The notes: generated by a model not told the origin, from the sequence alone. A stretch of 64,000 nucleotides of DNA from Octopus vulgaris (GCA_951406725.2 OX597814.1:149048001-149112000); one strand, 5' to 3'. Shown: positions 26,790 through 41,737, counted from the stretch's first letter. Translations and numbers: made by a program.

Positions 26790-27245
26790 ATTATTGTCTT
26801 TATCTCAGGTTTTGCTGTAACTCCTGGAATTTTCCATACATAGCGGGCTTGCTGTCTGCAGCCTACGGCATCTTGCATCTGTGCTTCTGAACAAATGCTT
26901 TCTCTAATAATCTGGCCATGCCAAATAGGGAAGCCCTTTGTAACAGTTCTACTGGGCACTCTATTGCGATTTCCTTTATATTCCTTCTGATTCCTTCTGA
27001 TACTGTCCCCAATGAACCAACAATAATTGGCACTATCTTCACCTTCTTCATTTTCCATAGCCGGGCTATTTTGTGCTTGAGAGGGTTGCTTATATCTATT
27101 TTTTCGCCTTCTTTCTTGACTGTTCGTGGGTCAAAGGGGCACGCAACATCAGCTATGTAACACATGTGATGCATCTTGGCGAACACCACTAGGTCCGATC
27201 TGTTATGTTCTGGCGCCTGATCTGTTTGGATTGGGAAATCCCAGC
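26790..27245 (-). mobile_element. 3' end of an RLE-type (R4/Dong-like) LINE
   Basis: WDFPIQTD, RSDLVV and ORF 26863-27189 IADVACPFD...KKEGEKI...IVPIIVGSLGTV...LLQRASLFGMARLL (PD-(D/E)xK endonuclease); 3' end runs into AATAATAAT. Confidence 0.85.
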
Positions 27246-28911
27246 AAGCGCATTAAATAGGACACAGTACAAGATTTTCTACGCTAAGTCTGACACTAAT
27301 TGTTCTATGTAGTTCTATTTAAACAATTATATATAGATTAGCTTACTACGTTGTGTATTTTAGTATCAGATACTTTTGTAGTGTCACTTTCATCCTTGTT
27401 TAGCTAAAAGTTAGCTCTTACAGCACAAATCTATTCTTGAATTAATTCTAGCCGAAAGTATCCTGTACTTTTTGCTAAATCTAGTGTTATGTGATTTTGT
27501 ATAAGGCGACGTCTGTTCACTTTTTAAAGGCAGCAGTGTTAAATATAATGGCAATTTTCTTGCTAATACTAACGGATTGAATGACAGTGAACAGGACCCG
27601 TTGTTGGTTTCTTTTCAGGAAATAATGCCGAAGTTGTTAAGCAGGTCAGTCTTGAGTGTACAGAGCTGTGATTAAAGGCATTGAAATATGGCCAAAATAG
27701 CTCATTATCAATCATATGATATCTAGGATATTACATTACACATAGTGCCTCTATATTTAAGAGAGAAGAGTATTCTTGTTGTTGTTTCTAACGCCGCAAG
27801 TGAAAGCATTGAAACCACCTAGTTTTAATACACATTAAGTTAGTATCGATGTGACGTTTGTCCTTAAATAGATATACATTTTCTTGTTGCTATATTATAT
27901 AATATCTTTGGATTACATTGGCATTAACACATAAGGTATTTCTTTATGTGATAACCACAGAATGTTTTCGTTAATTTTTTGAAATATTGCATCAAGGATT
28001 CGTGGTACATTTTACGTTTGTTTATCGAAGTCTGCTACGTACGAATTGTATTATTTGAGCCTTTGCTTAAATAGTAGTCTCACGCGATATACTGTTCTAT
28101 TATATTATCTTTTGGTGGCTACTGACAAACAGTTGATTGATTTTGGGAATTTGAACATGGATGATATTTAGGTTGGATCATATTGTGCACGGAAATGTGT
28201 TTCTTGCGGGATACACACTATTTTAAGGTGCAGAAGATTCCGTGTGTGTGAATAAGAGAAAATGTTGTTATTATCTCAGTATTCATGTAGGTTTTCACGT
28301 CCTGAATAGTTTGCGCATGATTCCTTCGGGTTGAATAATGTTTTGTTTCGCACAGTGGGCAATTCCTTATATATGCATTGCATGTATAGATAACAAAGTT
28401 ATCTTGTTAAGTAAGAAGGAATTGAACAGTAAATACGTTAAAAGACGTTAAACATAACGTTACGTTAAACACATTAACTGCAGATATGATTTTTCTCTTC
28501 GTCTCTTCATTTATCAAAGAATCGTTAAAAAGCAGCATATATATTATGCACGATATGTGTGTGTTTCTGTGTGTGTTTCTGTGTGTTTGTGTATGTAACT
28601 GCGTGTACTTCTGCGAGTGTGAGTGTGTTTGTATATGTGCACAGGCTCAATCGTATACGTGAGTTGGTGTGAATTGCGAAACAGCGAAAAACAGAATAAG
28701 TGATGTAAATGGAAATATTAGAAATACTAAATCTGAGAGAAATAAACGAATGTAAAGGTAACTGCTCTGCTTTAGATATGCTGAAAATATGGTGAGTGGT
28801 GTTTATTAGCATCTCCTCATAAAAAACGTAACTTCATCCATCTATTCATCAATCTATCTATCTTTCTGTCTATCTATGCACACACACAAATATATGTATG
28901 TATGCATATGC

Positions 28912-29328
<417 letters not shown>

Positions 29329-29358
29329 TAATACACACACACATACACGCATACATAT

Positions 29359-29481
<123 letters not shown>

Positions 29482-30268
29482 GCACATTCATGCAAGTGGC
29501 TCCATGTATCAGATTTCAGGTTGCATTTCATGGATGCTCTAGTAAATGTATACGATGCTGTTCTTGGGTTCATAGTAGTTTAGAAATTTTCAACACAATA
29601 TATACCCACACAATGCCTTAAATATAAAATTCAGAGAGCCGCTTGTATTTTTCAGACCTATCAATTTGATTTTTCAATTGCTTCAATGGAAGAAATATGG
29701 TCTTCTCACGCTTCACATCCTTTCTATGCGCATTTACAACTTTTATGAGTTAGTGCTCCAAAACATTTGGAGACTAGAGGAAGCAACAATACCTAAAATC
29801 TGGACAACATTAGATTTTCTCGCTGAAATAAACGATGTTCTTGAAGGCAGTAATAAATAATCCAATGAAAATATTAATATTACTAACGATTTTGTATATG
29901 TATGTGTGTGTAAAAATTTATTGCCAAAAACAGTTCTCTTAATACAGGAACAAAGATACCAGTTTCTAAAGCAGTAAAAATATCGTCTTACTTACGAACA
30001 CAGCTGGAGATATGAAATTAAATTAGTTGTTTATCAAGGGCAATGAAAGTTTTCTCTTAATCTAGCTTCTTATAATAAGATTTAACTGAAAACCATAGGT
30101 TACTGTGTGGTTCGTTGCCGCCATCCTCTACAGTGGAAAAAGGAAATACCAGTCCACAGGCACTAATGCTTATGGCCAAGTCAACGATCTTAGTCTTTCA
30201 TGATTCACCCCAAATGTTTATATCTCCTGAAGTCAATTTCATGCCACTGAAACCTATCTTCACAGAAA

Positions 30269-30660
30269 GGCGGTGAGCTGGCAGAAACGTTAGGACGCCG
30301 GGCGGAATGCGTAGCGGTATTTCGTCTGTCGCTACGTTCTGAGTTCATATTCCTCCGAGGTCGACTTTGCCTTTCATCCTTTCGGGGTCGATAAATTAAG
30401 TACCAGTTACGCACTGGAGTCGATGTAATCGACTTAATCCCTGTGTCTGTCTTTGTTTGTCCCCTCTGTGTTTAGCCCCTTGTGAGTAGTAAAGAAATAG
30501 GCATTTCGTCTGTCTTTACGTTCTGAGTTCAAATTCCGCCGAGGTCGACTTCGCCTTTCATCCTTTCGGGTTCGATAAAATAAGTCCCAGTTGCGTACTG
30601 GTGTAGATCTAATCGACTGGTCCCTTCCCCAAAAGTTTGGTCCTCGTGCCTAAAGTAGAA
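30269..30660 (+). mobile_element. SINE family A, well-preserved dimer
   Basis: tRNA-like head ggcggtgagctggcagaaacgttag and B-box gttcaaattcc; core gtcgact..gcctttcatcctttcggg.tcgataaa..aagt.ccag present twice; core resembles Meta/MESC-type SINE domains (from recall). Confidence 0.9.
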
Positions 30661-30947
30661 AATATAGAGTTGAAAAGACCCTAGGATAATAAGAGTCAGA
30701 GGGTTCCCGTGCAACTTAAAGCCATACATCATAACAGGTGTTTTAACATTGATATGTCAACAAGAAATATGGATTCAGTTCCACGATCAACCTTCAACTT
30801 TTTCTATTTATAATGGCTTTTCAACCCAATATATACATGTTATTTTTCCCAATGTTATGTTTGTGCTTTAAGATGTTCCGAAGAGAATTATTAAAAGCTT
30901 AAGAAATTCTTAATACGTTAAATATATTTGCATGTAGTTATATACGA

Positions 30948-31001
<54 letters not shown>

Positions 31002-31200
31002 CATTTTATCATTTTATCTAGCTTCAGCTCACGAGCTGTGGCCATGCTGGGGCACCGCCATATATTTATATGTACACCTCCAATTTGTGATTATTAGACG
31101 GATGATTGATAATAAACGTCTCTAAATTCGGAATATTACTGGCATGAAACCACTCGGCTATATGTATTATCTATCTTGAGCCTATTTTATATCCATAATC

Positions 31201-31256
<56 letters not shown>

Positions 31257-32607
31257 AGTAATAACGTACGCAAATACATGCGTATATTTGTCTGTGTATG
31301 TACATGTATGTGTAACGTATAACGAGCTTGAAAATACGTGACAAAAACTAAGAGTTAGGCGTCTCTCATGACATATTACAAACCAATATCGTGTGTCGAC
31401 TGAAACTTCCAGTGAAGTGGTGAAGATGTTCGTTTAAATATGTATACTCTCTTCTTACCATAACAAAATCAAATTAATGAATTGTGGAGTGTCACTGTAG
31501 CAGTCTGTCACATTTTTTTGTTGTTGGTTTAATGATTGGCAGGTAAATACCTGATAGTATTTATTAGAAAGATAACTGACGTTTTCAAAATTAATAGGAA
31601 GTTTGAAATTAACTTGTATTGACACATGCCGAAGTGAAATTTATGAAATACTTTCATGATACATGTATAAATGTATATTAATACAGCATTGAAAATGTAA
31701 ATTAACATTTCTACATTATGTGACAATAGAAAGACTACGTTCGCTTTTCAATAACGGGCCTTTGAACTACGTTAAATGTAAAATAATTTACAGTATGCTT
31801 ATAAAAAATTAAAAAACAAATTAAAGCACGCGAATAATGGTGACAAATTGATTTTCTAAATGGATGTTACTTCCTCTATTCGGAAGAGGATAAAACGAAA
31901 TGTTACTTCTTTTTTATCAAATATGCACTATAGTAATGTGTAAGCCCTGTGTGTGTGTGTATGACAACATCTCTGGCATATATTCTGTGTTATTTGTGCT
32001 CCGTGGAGCAGTATTCGCCAACCATTACTGTATATTACTGGAATTACTAAAAAAGTGTGTAAAAATCTTTCAATGGCTTCCAAAATTCTCTCAGGAACGC
32101 CTCCTGCATGAAAATTTATGAGTAAATTGGGCGCTATGATAATTATTATCAGTATAGAAATTATCCTGATTAAACGTGATAAAGCTTGAGGTTTTGCCAT
32201 ATTCGGTAGACGTTACAGACTGTGGGTAAAAGAGTTCATTGAGTTACTTTCCATGGGTATGGATGTACAATAACCAAAATGCGGTATGATGATCCACCAG
32301 CGACTGTTATAGTGAGTGATAATGACAGGGTTTTTTGGAATTTATCCATAACGACTGACCATACTAAGCAAGGAGACCAGATAAGATTGTTGAGCTCTTA
32401 AACAAACAGCATGCAGTAAAGAATCACAATTTTTTTTACAAGGAATTTTAATAGTAAAAAATTTAGGAAACCGAGAAATATGAGGAGCCATCTAGATACA
32501 TGATGTAATTGGAGAAAACAAAGGTGACAATTGTTCCCGAGAATAAGTGGCACACATGACACAACATCCAAACTGCTACCTAAAATAATGATCCTGGAAC
32601 ACGCATA

Positions 32608-32885
32608 ATGTTTTACCGAACCGCTAAGTTACGGGGACGTAAACAATCCGACACCGGTTGTCAAGTGGTGTTGGTGGACAAACACAAACACAAAGACCCT
32701 CTCTCTCTCTATCTATCTATCTATCACACACACATATGGCCAGCTTTTTTCGCTTTATGCTTACTAAATCTACTCGCAAGGCATTGGAAGGCCCTATGCC
32801 AGAGTTGAAACTCCAAGATGACACGAAGTGGGAATAAGACCGGGAGCATGTGGGTAGGGAGCAAACTTCTTAGCAGACAGATATG
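32608..32885 (-). mobile_element. SINE family B, degenerate
   Basis: ccgaaccgctaagttacggggacgtaaaca...ccggttgtcaag matches 57495-57545. Confidence 0.75.
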
Positions 32886-32979
32886 TATGCACCGATGTAT
32901 CTCTACATGAAACGGAGAAATTCTCGAAATACTGAGATCTAGAAATAAAAGAAATATCATGTATGCGGGCGCAAATAAT

Positions 32980-33220
32980 CGCTATAATAATTGGTACATT
33001 ACACATGGATAAGAGATATACGCACAAATACTAACGACTGCACAAGCAATTACAGATATATGTAACATACACAAGATAAAACTCCTAAATACCGCACCAT
33101 TCTACATAAAACATTGTTAATACAGTAGAAATAAAAACATGAAAAGAAACAGCATATACCCAAAGCACAGAGGGCTGCACTCGGTGCTGCAGTGAAAGCA
33201 CATGTTAAAAGTAAAAACCA
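32980..33220 (+). mobile_element. Older degenerate 3' end of the same R4/Dong-like LINE
   Basis: cagcatatacccaaagcacagagggctgcactcggtgctgcagtgaaagcac aligns with the 3' UTR at 34174-34226. Confidence 0.7.
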
Positions 33221-33224
33221 TTGT

Positions 33225-33410
33225 ACAAGGCCAGCAATTTAGAAGAAGGGTTAATTTGATTCATCGACTCCAGTCCTCTACTAATATTTATATTATCGAC
33301 CCCGTAAGGATGAAATGCAAATTCGAACTCAGCAGAATTTGAACTCAGAACGTAAAGACAGTCGAAATGCTGCCAAGCATTTTACTTGGCTTGCTAACGT
33401 TTCTGCCACT
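33225..33410 (-). mobile_element. SINE family A
   Basis: atcgaccccgtaaggatgaaatgcaaattcgaactcagcagaatttgaactcagaacgtaaagac. Confidence 0.85.
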
Positions 33411-33694
33411 TCGGAGACCAAACAGCAAGAATAATGATAAACTTCCTTTTATTGGACACAGTAGCCGAATAAAAATTATAAAGGCAGATAATAAATATAA
33501 GTAGTGCTTAACACAAAATGTGTAAACAATAGAAAAGGCAATAACAATTAACAACAAAATTTAATCAATAAACATCACAAAACTGTGAATGTTTGAGCTG
33601 GGACCAACCAAGGAACATGACACATGCTGTCCACTTCGATTTCCAAGGGCACGCACTCTTCGCAGGTCCTACCTTTCCGACCGGCAGGCGCATC

Positions 33695-34243
33695 TACATA
33701 CATCGGAAGCTATGCCAACATTATGGAATAACAACAGAAAAAAGATGGTATAGGCACACACCAGAAAAGGTCACAGAAAACAAGAAAGCAACCATACTCT
33801 GGGATATGCCGATACACACAGATAGAGAAATTAAGGCCAACAGACCAGATATAGTTGTCAGAGATCATGAAGAAAAAAATGCTTTCTAATTGATGTATCA
33901 ATACCGGCTGATGACAACGTGTCTCTAAAAGAAATGGAGAAACTCTCAAAATACAAAGACCTGGAAATAGAGGTAACTAGAATGTGGAATCTGAAAACAG
34001 AAACAATTCCTATCATAGTAGGCATGATAAAAAAATATTCAGACAAATACATAACAAAAACACCAGGACTTACAAACACATATAACATACAGAAAATTGC
34101 ACTACTAGGCACTGCACACATCCTATGCAGAACACTTTCCATACAATAACCATCAGAGCATCACAACAAATCACAGCACATACCCAAGGCACACAGAGCT
34201 GTGCTCGGTAGTGAAGTGAAAGCACGCTATAAAAATAAAACTA

Positions 34244-34246
<3 letters not shown>
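33695..34246 (+). mobile_element. 5'-truncated R4/Dong-like RLE LINE (endonuclease domain plus 3' UTR), frameshifted
   Basis: YIHRKLCQHYG...ILWDMPIHTDREIKANRPDIVV / IDVSIPADDNVSLKEMEKLSKYKDLEIEVTRMW...IQKIALLGTAHIL; ends directly in (AAT)n. Confidence 0.9.
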
Positions 34247-34327
<81 letters not shown>

Positions 34328-34354
34328 GAGGAGGAGGAGGAGGAGGAGGAGGAG
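34247..34354. repeat. (AAT)n followed by (GAG)n
   Basis: Direct reading. Confidence 0.95.
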
Positions 34355-34355
34355 T

Positions 34356-34562
34356 ACCTGCACCTGGAAAACTCTAAAGATAGACAAGATCCTCAACGTC
34401 TGGTTGAAACACCTCATCAGTACACATATCCACATAGCTGCAGCATTCAATTTATTAATAAGCAAGCCAAAATCAACACCGAACTAGGTGATGGAAGGAA
34501 AAGCCACTCTAATTCCCCAAAACAAAAACACCGTACGACCACAAAATTATAGGCTTATAACA
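34356..34562 (+). mobile_element. Degenerate R4/Dong-like RT N-terminal fragment (not in ORF track)
   Basis: Hand translation WKTLKIDKILNVWLKHLISTH...TPN*VMEGKATLIPQNKNTVRPQNYRLIT matches WK.PG.D.I...WLK.L...W..G.T.LIPK...P.NYRPIT. Confidence 0.8.
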
Positions 34563-34676
34563 CGATGATGTTGTTGATGATGATGATGATGATCATGATG
34601 ATCATGATGATCATGATGATGACGACGACGATGACGATGATGATGATGATGATGATGGTAAAGACGATGATGATGA
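34563..34676. repeat. (GAT)/(GAC) compound microsatellite
   Basis: Direct reading. Confidence 0.9.
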
Positions 34677-35744
34677 GGTGCTGATTTTCATGATCGCATG
34701 ATCATTCTGGAGTATGAGAGTAAATATTCAATTCAAAGCAATATTAGTATGATCTGGGGAATTTACATAAAGTAGCGAATGCATGGCTGAGGCAGTTGTT
34801 TTTATCAGACAAAAACTTCCAGCTTAGCGTCAGCCAAGGAACTCCAAAACAAATCTAACATCAGAATGGTAAGTATGTTGATATTTATTATTGAGAACAT
34901 TATTACAATTTTCATTGTAATAGCTGCATTGACATTAATGATGTTATATTGTCCTAAATGTTTTTGTGGCCCTTGTGTCAATAAAGAAATTATTATTATT
35001 ATCGTTGATAATATCATTGTGATTTGCTCGTAAATCAGTAGATTTCATATTGAATATGACATAATCTGAAAGCTTTCTATGTAGATGTCGCAGAACATAT
35101 AATTCTATGTTTATCCTTGAATTTAATATAATTTTTGTTTTCCTATTATCAGTTCGGTTTATAAATAATTTGATTGTTTTCTACTTCTTTTATTCTGATA
35201 ATCAGCTAATTAGCTTATCATTATTGCATATTTCTTTACTTAAATTTTGCTATTATCGTTTTCTATTATCATTTTTATGTAAACAACATAATTACTCGAA
35301 AGAAGAATTTTTGAAAATTTATTTTTATTGGCATTTTTATAAAATTGTAATGAAAATTCTTTTTTCTTCTTTTTTTACATTTTAATCTAATGTCTCACTA
35401 TTCTGGTGTATAGAATAATTGTGCAGTAGTAAACATATGTGGAATGCAATCAGGAAGTTTTTAATTCGTTACAGCTGATTACAAGCCAGCGACTTGGCAA
35501 AAACATTAGGGTACCTAGCTAAATCAAGACATTATAATTATTTACTTCTCGTACCGTTAAGTCTTATATTCCGTCTGTGACGACTTTCCCATCCCGCAAC
35601 ATTGTTGAAATTTGTACCTGTTACGTACCCGTATTTCAATACAAGCACCTGTGGAAAACAGCATCGTAACTCATGAAGAAATCAAAATAACAATAAATCG
35701 TATGAGAGGCAAACGCATTTTAGCGTTACTTTTTGATTATTATT

Positions 35745-35970
35745 AGGGGCGGAAATGGTAGCAAGATGAAATAATCGTTGGCAGGCCGGACGATATCCTT
35801 TACAGCTTTTCTTCCGGTTTTAAGTTCGTAGTTCAAATTATTCCAAGATGGGCTTTGCCTTACATCCTTTTGTTGTCGATGAAATTAGTACAAGTTATTC
35901 CCTGAGGTCGATGTGATCGACTAGATCCTTTCCGCTAAATTTCAAGCCCCGTGCCTATTTTTAGAAAGAA
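35745..35970 (+). mobile_element. SINE family A, degenerate
   Basis: gttcaaatt...ctttgccttacatccttttgttgtcgatgaaattagtac...gtcgatgtgatcgactag. Confidence 0.7.
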
Positions 35971-37577
35971 TTATGAGGTGGTGAAATGACAGAGATGTTT
36001 CAGTGTCGAAATAAACATACATCTTTAACGTGTCAAACGTATCACTCTTTAATTGGTGCTCAGTATGTCAGTAAAAGTGGATTTTTATGTGCATCCTTTG
36101 CTGAAGTTCGACAAATTCAAATTTTAATTTAACGCTTATGGTGTTGAAAATACACTACGACACTCGTAGTTTTAGTCAAAATGATACTGACTATGTGTCG
36201 TGCGCTCATATCCGATTATATGTGCTTATATTAAAAATTATATTAATTTACAGTTTTGGTCCTCGCACGTCAACTCTCTCTGCACCTTTGGCACTCTCTG
36301 AGCTCCTCATAATGGAAGTAAAATCTCATTCTAATTGCCATCTTTAGCATTTCGATATATTTTGTTATTTTACTGGTCGTCGGTTCTACATCACATTTTG
36401 CAGTAAACATAGTTATTCAGGGACTCATTAGAAATGAGTAAGCAGGTTAAACCATCTCTTGCAGAAAGTGATCAACTGGGAACGAAAAAACTGCAGCTAG
36501 ATTGCACTGTTGCATGTGCATAGGTAAAAAGAAAACAATTCTTTGCTAGAGTTTTCTTCCATTGTCAAATCATAGAGACTGACCTACGGTTAAGAAATTG
36601 CAGATTGCCATCAGCGATAAGTATTTCTTATGAGCAAACAGCAAATACTTCAAACATTATTAGTTGCCCTTCATTTGCAAAGTTTTTGTTGGACGAATAT
36701 TGTGGTTGCTAAGATGGTGCTACTTCAAAATACACTGACATTCTTCATAGAACTCCAGAAGGTGGCCATTGGATAGATTTTGAAATATTAAGTGACACAT
36801 AGATTACTAGCACTAGTTTTACAAACGCACAATAGTGCATTTCACTATTCGATTACAACTACTATGACGTGTGGTACACTATCTGGCTACTACAACTCTT
36901 GGTCCACTGACTCCCCCTCATTCCATCTTATTTTCCTCTTTCGTCTCCTCTGATTCATACTTCTCAGAACCTACAAAAGTCATTCCTTTCACGCCATTTA
37001 TGGTTCTCTCTGGAATCTCATGTCCAGTATGTACGAAAACTATATTATTCGAACTTGTTTTTCGACAACCTTTTAGATTTTCTTCTCAGCTCCTACTCCA
37101 TATATTAAAAATCATTGCAACATTCATTAAATAATCACTTTTACTTTACTGATATTTGTGGTGATAACATCGCTTCATAACACTCATTAGCTATGTTTAC
37201 TACGAAGAGAAGTGAATTGTAATAGCTTGGACAGACTCTGACGGAGAACTTATTTAGTGAACTCTAATGAACTACTCGATTTTATCAAAAATTAGCATTT
37301 TATAATTGATAAATTAATTAACTTAATGTTCTTTAAATTTCGCACTCGGTGACAACTACAAATTAACTGGGTAAATTCCAGTAAATTAAATCAACTCTAT
37401 TTGATAATGTAGTGTAAGAGATGTAACAAGATTTTTATAATCTAGTTATTAGCCTCGTGTATTAAGTGAATGTGTCTTGTTATGTCTTGTCTGCTAAGGC
37501 TTTCGTCAGTAATGCAAGAATGAAATACCATAAACATTAAAATTACCAAACAACGATGATCATTTGAGTAATTCTCT

Positions 37578-37955
37578 CTCTTTATCCGCTCAGTCGAAGT
37601 CGATTCTCGGTCACTCGTTGGATCAGTGTCCTCTAGTCAGTTCTATCCTGGGCCGCTTTTTCAGATTGGCTATGTCCATTCCGGTATCACTCTTGATGGT
37701 GTCAAGCCAGCGGGTTCTTGGTCGGCCTCTTCCTCTCTTGCCACTGACCATTCCGAGCATGATGTCATTCTCCAGGGATTTTCTCCGGATAATATGACCC
37801 AAATATGCCAATCTATGCTTGGTGATCTTAGCTTCTAGCGACATTTTCGGCCTTATCTGCTTAAGAACTTCTCCATTGGTGAGCCTCGCTGCCCATAGAA
37901 TCCGCAAAAGTCTTCTCCAACACCACAGCTCAAATGCATTAATTCTCTTCTGGAC
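37578..37955 (-). mobile_element. 3' fragment of an RTE (BovB-like) LINE
   Basis: RINAFELWCWRRLLRILWAARLTN...RLAYLGHIIRRKSLENDIMLGMVSGKRGRGRPRTRWLDTIK, the hallmark RTE C-terminus; short GA-repeat tail. Confidence 0.92.
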
Positions 37956-38059
37956 AGCTTAATTAACGTTTACATTTTTACTATCTCCCCTCGCTCATTT
38001 ATTTGTCATGCTTTACATTTCTGTGCATGTTAATACGACGTAGTGTGAAGCACTGACAT

Positions 38060-38280
38060 TTCCAAGCGCGGAAAAGCGTCGGTTACAACATTGTCCTTAC
38101 CTGAGATATGTTTGGAACCACACGTAAATTCAGACTTGTAATCCTACTTTCTTACTTTCGGTGGTTTCCAAACGATTTTGATTGCATGGCATAAAGCAGA
38201 AGGTTATGGCTAGAATCAATTGTCAATTCTCTTCCTTCCAAACACTCTCGGAAATATTTTACATTTTCAGGCACATCAAA
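38060..38280 (-). mobile_element. Ty3/gypsy RNase H remnant (not in ORF track)
   Basis: VKYFRECLEGRELTIDSSHNLLLYA and DYKSEFTCGSKHISGKDNVVTDAFPRL (cf. VKHFR.FLEGR.FTI.TDHKPL and HI.GK.N.VADALSR). Confidence 0.8.
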
Positions 38281-41200
38281 TTCTAAAAACAAACAAGGGA
38301 AATGTCTCTAGCAACATTGGATGATTCAAATTTTCTGACAACAGACAATACTCGCTGGTTTTGTACCTCCTCTATTCAGATACATGTAAGCCACTTACCT
38401 TTTCTCCTTTCATCAGTTTTGTTGCATCCAGCACACACCGACATCCGTTCTAGCCACTTTCCCCAACTGTTTCTGTATCTTTTCACCCATCACTCTTTCC
38501 TTCTCCCCCTTTCCCTCTGGAATGATATCCCCGTTCATGATATTTTTGTACGTGTAGACCTACAACGAATAATACGTAGCATTAACGGAATTGTGATCAC
38601 ATCTCTCAGAGCTGTAAATTTTGTGGGCACTGCACTTTCCTCCAGACACGGCAAATAAAAGAAGTTAGATTTTATTTCTAGAAGGCCACATCAGTCATCA
38701 CCCGCATCATTCCTTTGTTTCTAAATCAATACTCTTTTCCACGGAGACTTTAAGTATATGGTAATTTTCTTCTTCCATAATTTTTTTGTTTTGAAATCAT
38801 GATTGGTGGTGTGCCGAGAAGCATCGAAAGCGCTCTTCCACTTGCCAAATCAATGCTGTATAAAGAACATGAATAGTGTTATGACCAGCATCATATAGAT
38901 AAAATAATATTATGAGCGATAGGCAGTAGAGCTGCCGTCTTCAATTTTACTAAAATAAAATGATAACTATTTAAAAAAAAAAACAGTGGGGATTTCTTGA
39001 AGTTTATACAATTAGACTTTAACTATAGTGGACACGGTATCATAAATAAATATCGTAATGTATTTAGTTCGCTTTCTGAGTAAATAAGCACTATGATGTA
39101 TTTATTTCGCTTTCTGCATCCGTTCTGCCGACTGAAATAGTAGTCAATTCTCATAAATCACATTTTGCTGGTAGAGAAGACAACGAAGACAACATGTTAC
39201 ATAATGCTTACCTAACAACACATAAACTGACAGAATGGACACGACTGCAATACATTTACCGAATTCAACACCTTTACGAATCTGGTATTTTGAGTTTCTC
39301 ATTGCTTTGAAAATAGAATATTTATATCGATTTGTAAAAGCGACAAACTCACGCATGAAAAGTCCGAAATTTTATCCATCATATCGTGTACAGTACATTT
39401 GATATTTATTTCATCGAACCTCTAAGACTGATGGTCAAGTTTAAACATAGATGTGAAATCAAAACATAGTGAGACATAACTGAATTACAAAAGATATTTT
39501 TCTACAGTAACACTAAAGGACAGATATCGTTAATATTAATATTTTTCGTCTACGGAAGCGTTCAATAATATTAGAATGTACAGCCGCTTCAGTTCAACCA
39601 CACTTATTGCAGGTAAAAACTATTTCGATTTTGGAAGATTCAATGGGAAAATAGGACTTGACGTTACTCGAAATCAGAACTGAAAAATTCATATAAAAGT
39701 ACATGGAATTCATATAAAAGTACATGGAACGATGTCCAGTCGCTTCTGCCAATCCAACTACCAAAACATTTCAAAACGGAAATAATTGCACCTCCTTTGA
39801 TTTTTTAGTTCAAATCCAGCGCGTGTCACATATTGTTACTGTTCACGTGATGAGAATATTTTATACACACACATACAAACACACACATATATATACACGC
39901 CTATATACACACGCACACACACAAGCAATCACACGTTCACACAAGTAAACACACTCACGCACACACAAATACACACACACGCATGCACACACACACAAAC
40001 ACTCACATACATATATGCACACATACACACATATAATGGTGTTTCGATGCATTTAATTATAGCTGTATGCGTTTAGCAAGAAACCAATTTCTGCCTGCAA
40101 ATGGAACCAATATAGATATCATATGAATTAATAGTTATCAAACATAAATATATTTTCACTTACAGGTAATGAACAACAAATCAGAATACCTTAGTTTTTA
40201 CAGTTGTTATTGAATAATTTTCCAATCACCTGTAAGTGATGGGTTATTACGGTCGATTGAATTACGACACTGTTATTAATTATCCATTTCCTATCTACCA
40301 AAATTACGACTCAAATGCATTTTTTAAATGTATGCGCATCTCTCAAAACCAAATCCATATTAACGAATTATGCCTTTAAATACATTTAAATATTGGAGGA
40401 TCTGTGAAGAACTACCGATGATTTGCTTAGGCTAATATCAGTAATAATAACGTAAAGAACAAGAAGAAAAGAGAATCTTCGACAAAGAGCTCAACGCAAA
40501 ACGTTAGACTCTCTCTTCACCTGTTCCTATTGCACAAACTTATTTAATTTGAAGCGAAATTTATATGATACATTAGCCTAAGTAAATTGGTTTTAGGCTA
40601 CTGTGGCAAAAATCAATAGGTCACATACGCAATATATTTAGCTTGCTCACAAATACATAACAAAGTAATTTTGTCTTAATATATTCATCTGGACCGATGA
40701 GCTAAGCTCAAAACTGAAGTGCTTCATTTAAAGATCAATAAACAATTAGCCATTCTTCTATTAAGAATTTGAGTGCTTAAATAAATTTGAAATCATTTGT
40801 CGTTTGAGTACATCAAAAGAAATCTCTGTAAACTTATTGCACAAACGCCATTTTGTATGTGATTGCGCATTACAGTGTGCCAAAATCTGTTCTGTCCTTT
40901 ACGTGCAAATAAATGTTATCAAGTGCAACAATCTATAATTATTTTATTTGCGATAATATAATTGCGATTGTTATTAATGTTGCCACTGTTTAGGCTATTA
41001 TTGTTTTAGATGTTGTTATTTTTATAGCTCTTGTTCATATTGTTGTCGCGCTAATTTTCCTTCGTATTTTTATCTCGTTATTACAAATTGTGTTAATTAA
41101 TTGTCATAATATTTCTCTTTTCCTTTTCTTTTTGTTTTTCAGGATTCCATTCCTCCTTAAGTTTTGTTCATTTATTTTGTTACGTCGACGCCGATACCGT

Positions 41201-41597
41201 CCACCACATCGGTATCTAGGCAGCGGTGGTGATTGCGATCGCCGCCACTACTAATTTCTTCCACAAAACCTCTCACCGTTCATGTGATGCAGTATGTCAT
41301 GAAGACATCCAATTTCAACACGGTAGCTACAGTGTATTGTTTCTCACAAAGGCTTTTCATGTGTTTTATACCTTTTCCTTTATCTTTCGGACATAAATCT
41401 GTCTCGCTATTTTTGTGCAATATGTATGAAAGTGTGAGTTGAAAGATACATATACTCACACTCACATGTGTTGATGCACATAATGTTGTGTCTTTCTATG
41501 TTTCATATAAGTATATAAGTACGTGGGTATATAAGTATGTGTGTATGAGTGTGTACACGGACACGCGCGCATAGGTATATATGTATGTATATATGTA

Positions 41598-41619
41598 TCT
41601 CTCTCTCTCTCTCTCTCTC

Positions 41620-41698
<79 letters not shown>
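41598..41698. repeat. (TC)n-(TA)n microsatellite
   Basis: Direct reading. Confidence 0.95.
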
Positions 41699-41699
<1 letters not shown>

Positions 41700-41737
41700 C
41701 AATAATAAATCTCTGAGAGTAAACAGTAGCAGCACAA

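Noticed and set aside
30269-30360. tRNA-like A/B boxes as a tRNA gene
   Set aside because: No complete cloverleaf; continues into a multi-copy SINE body
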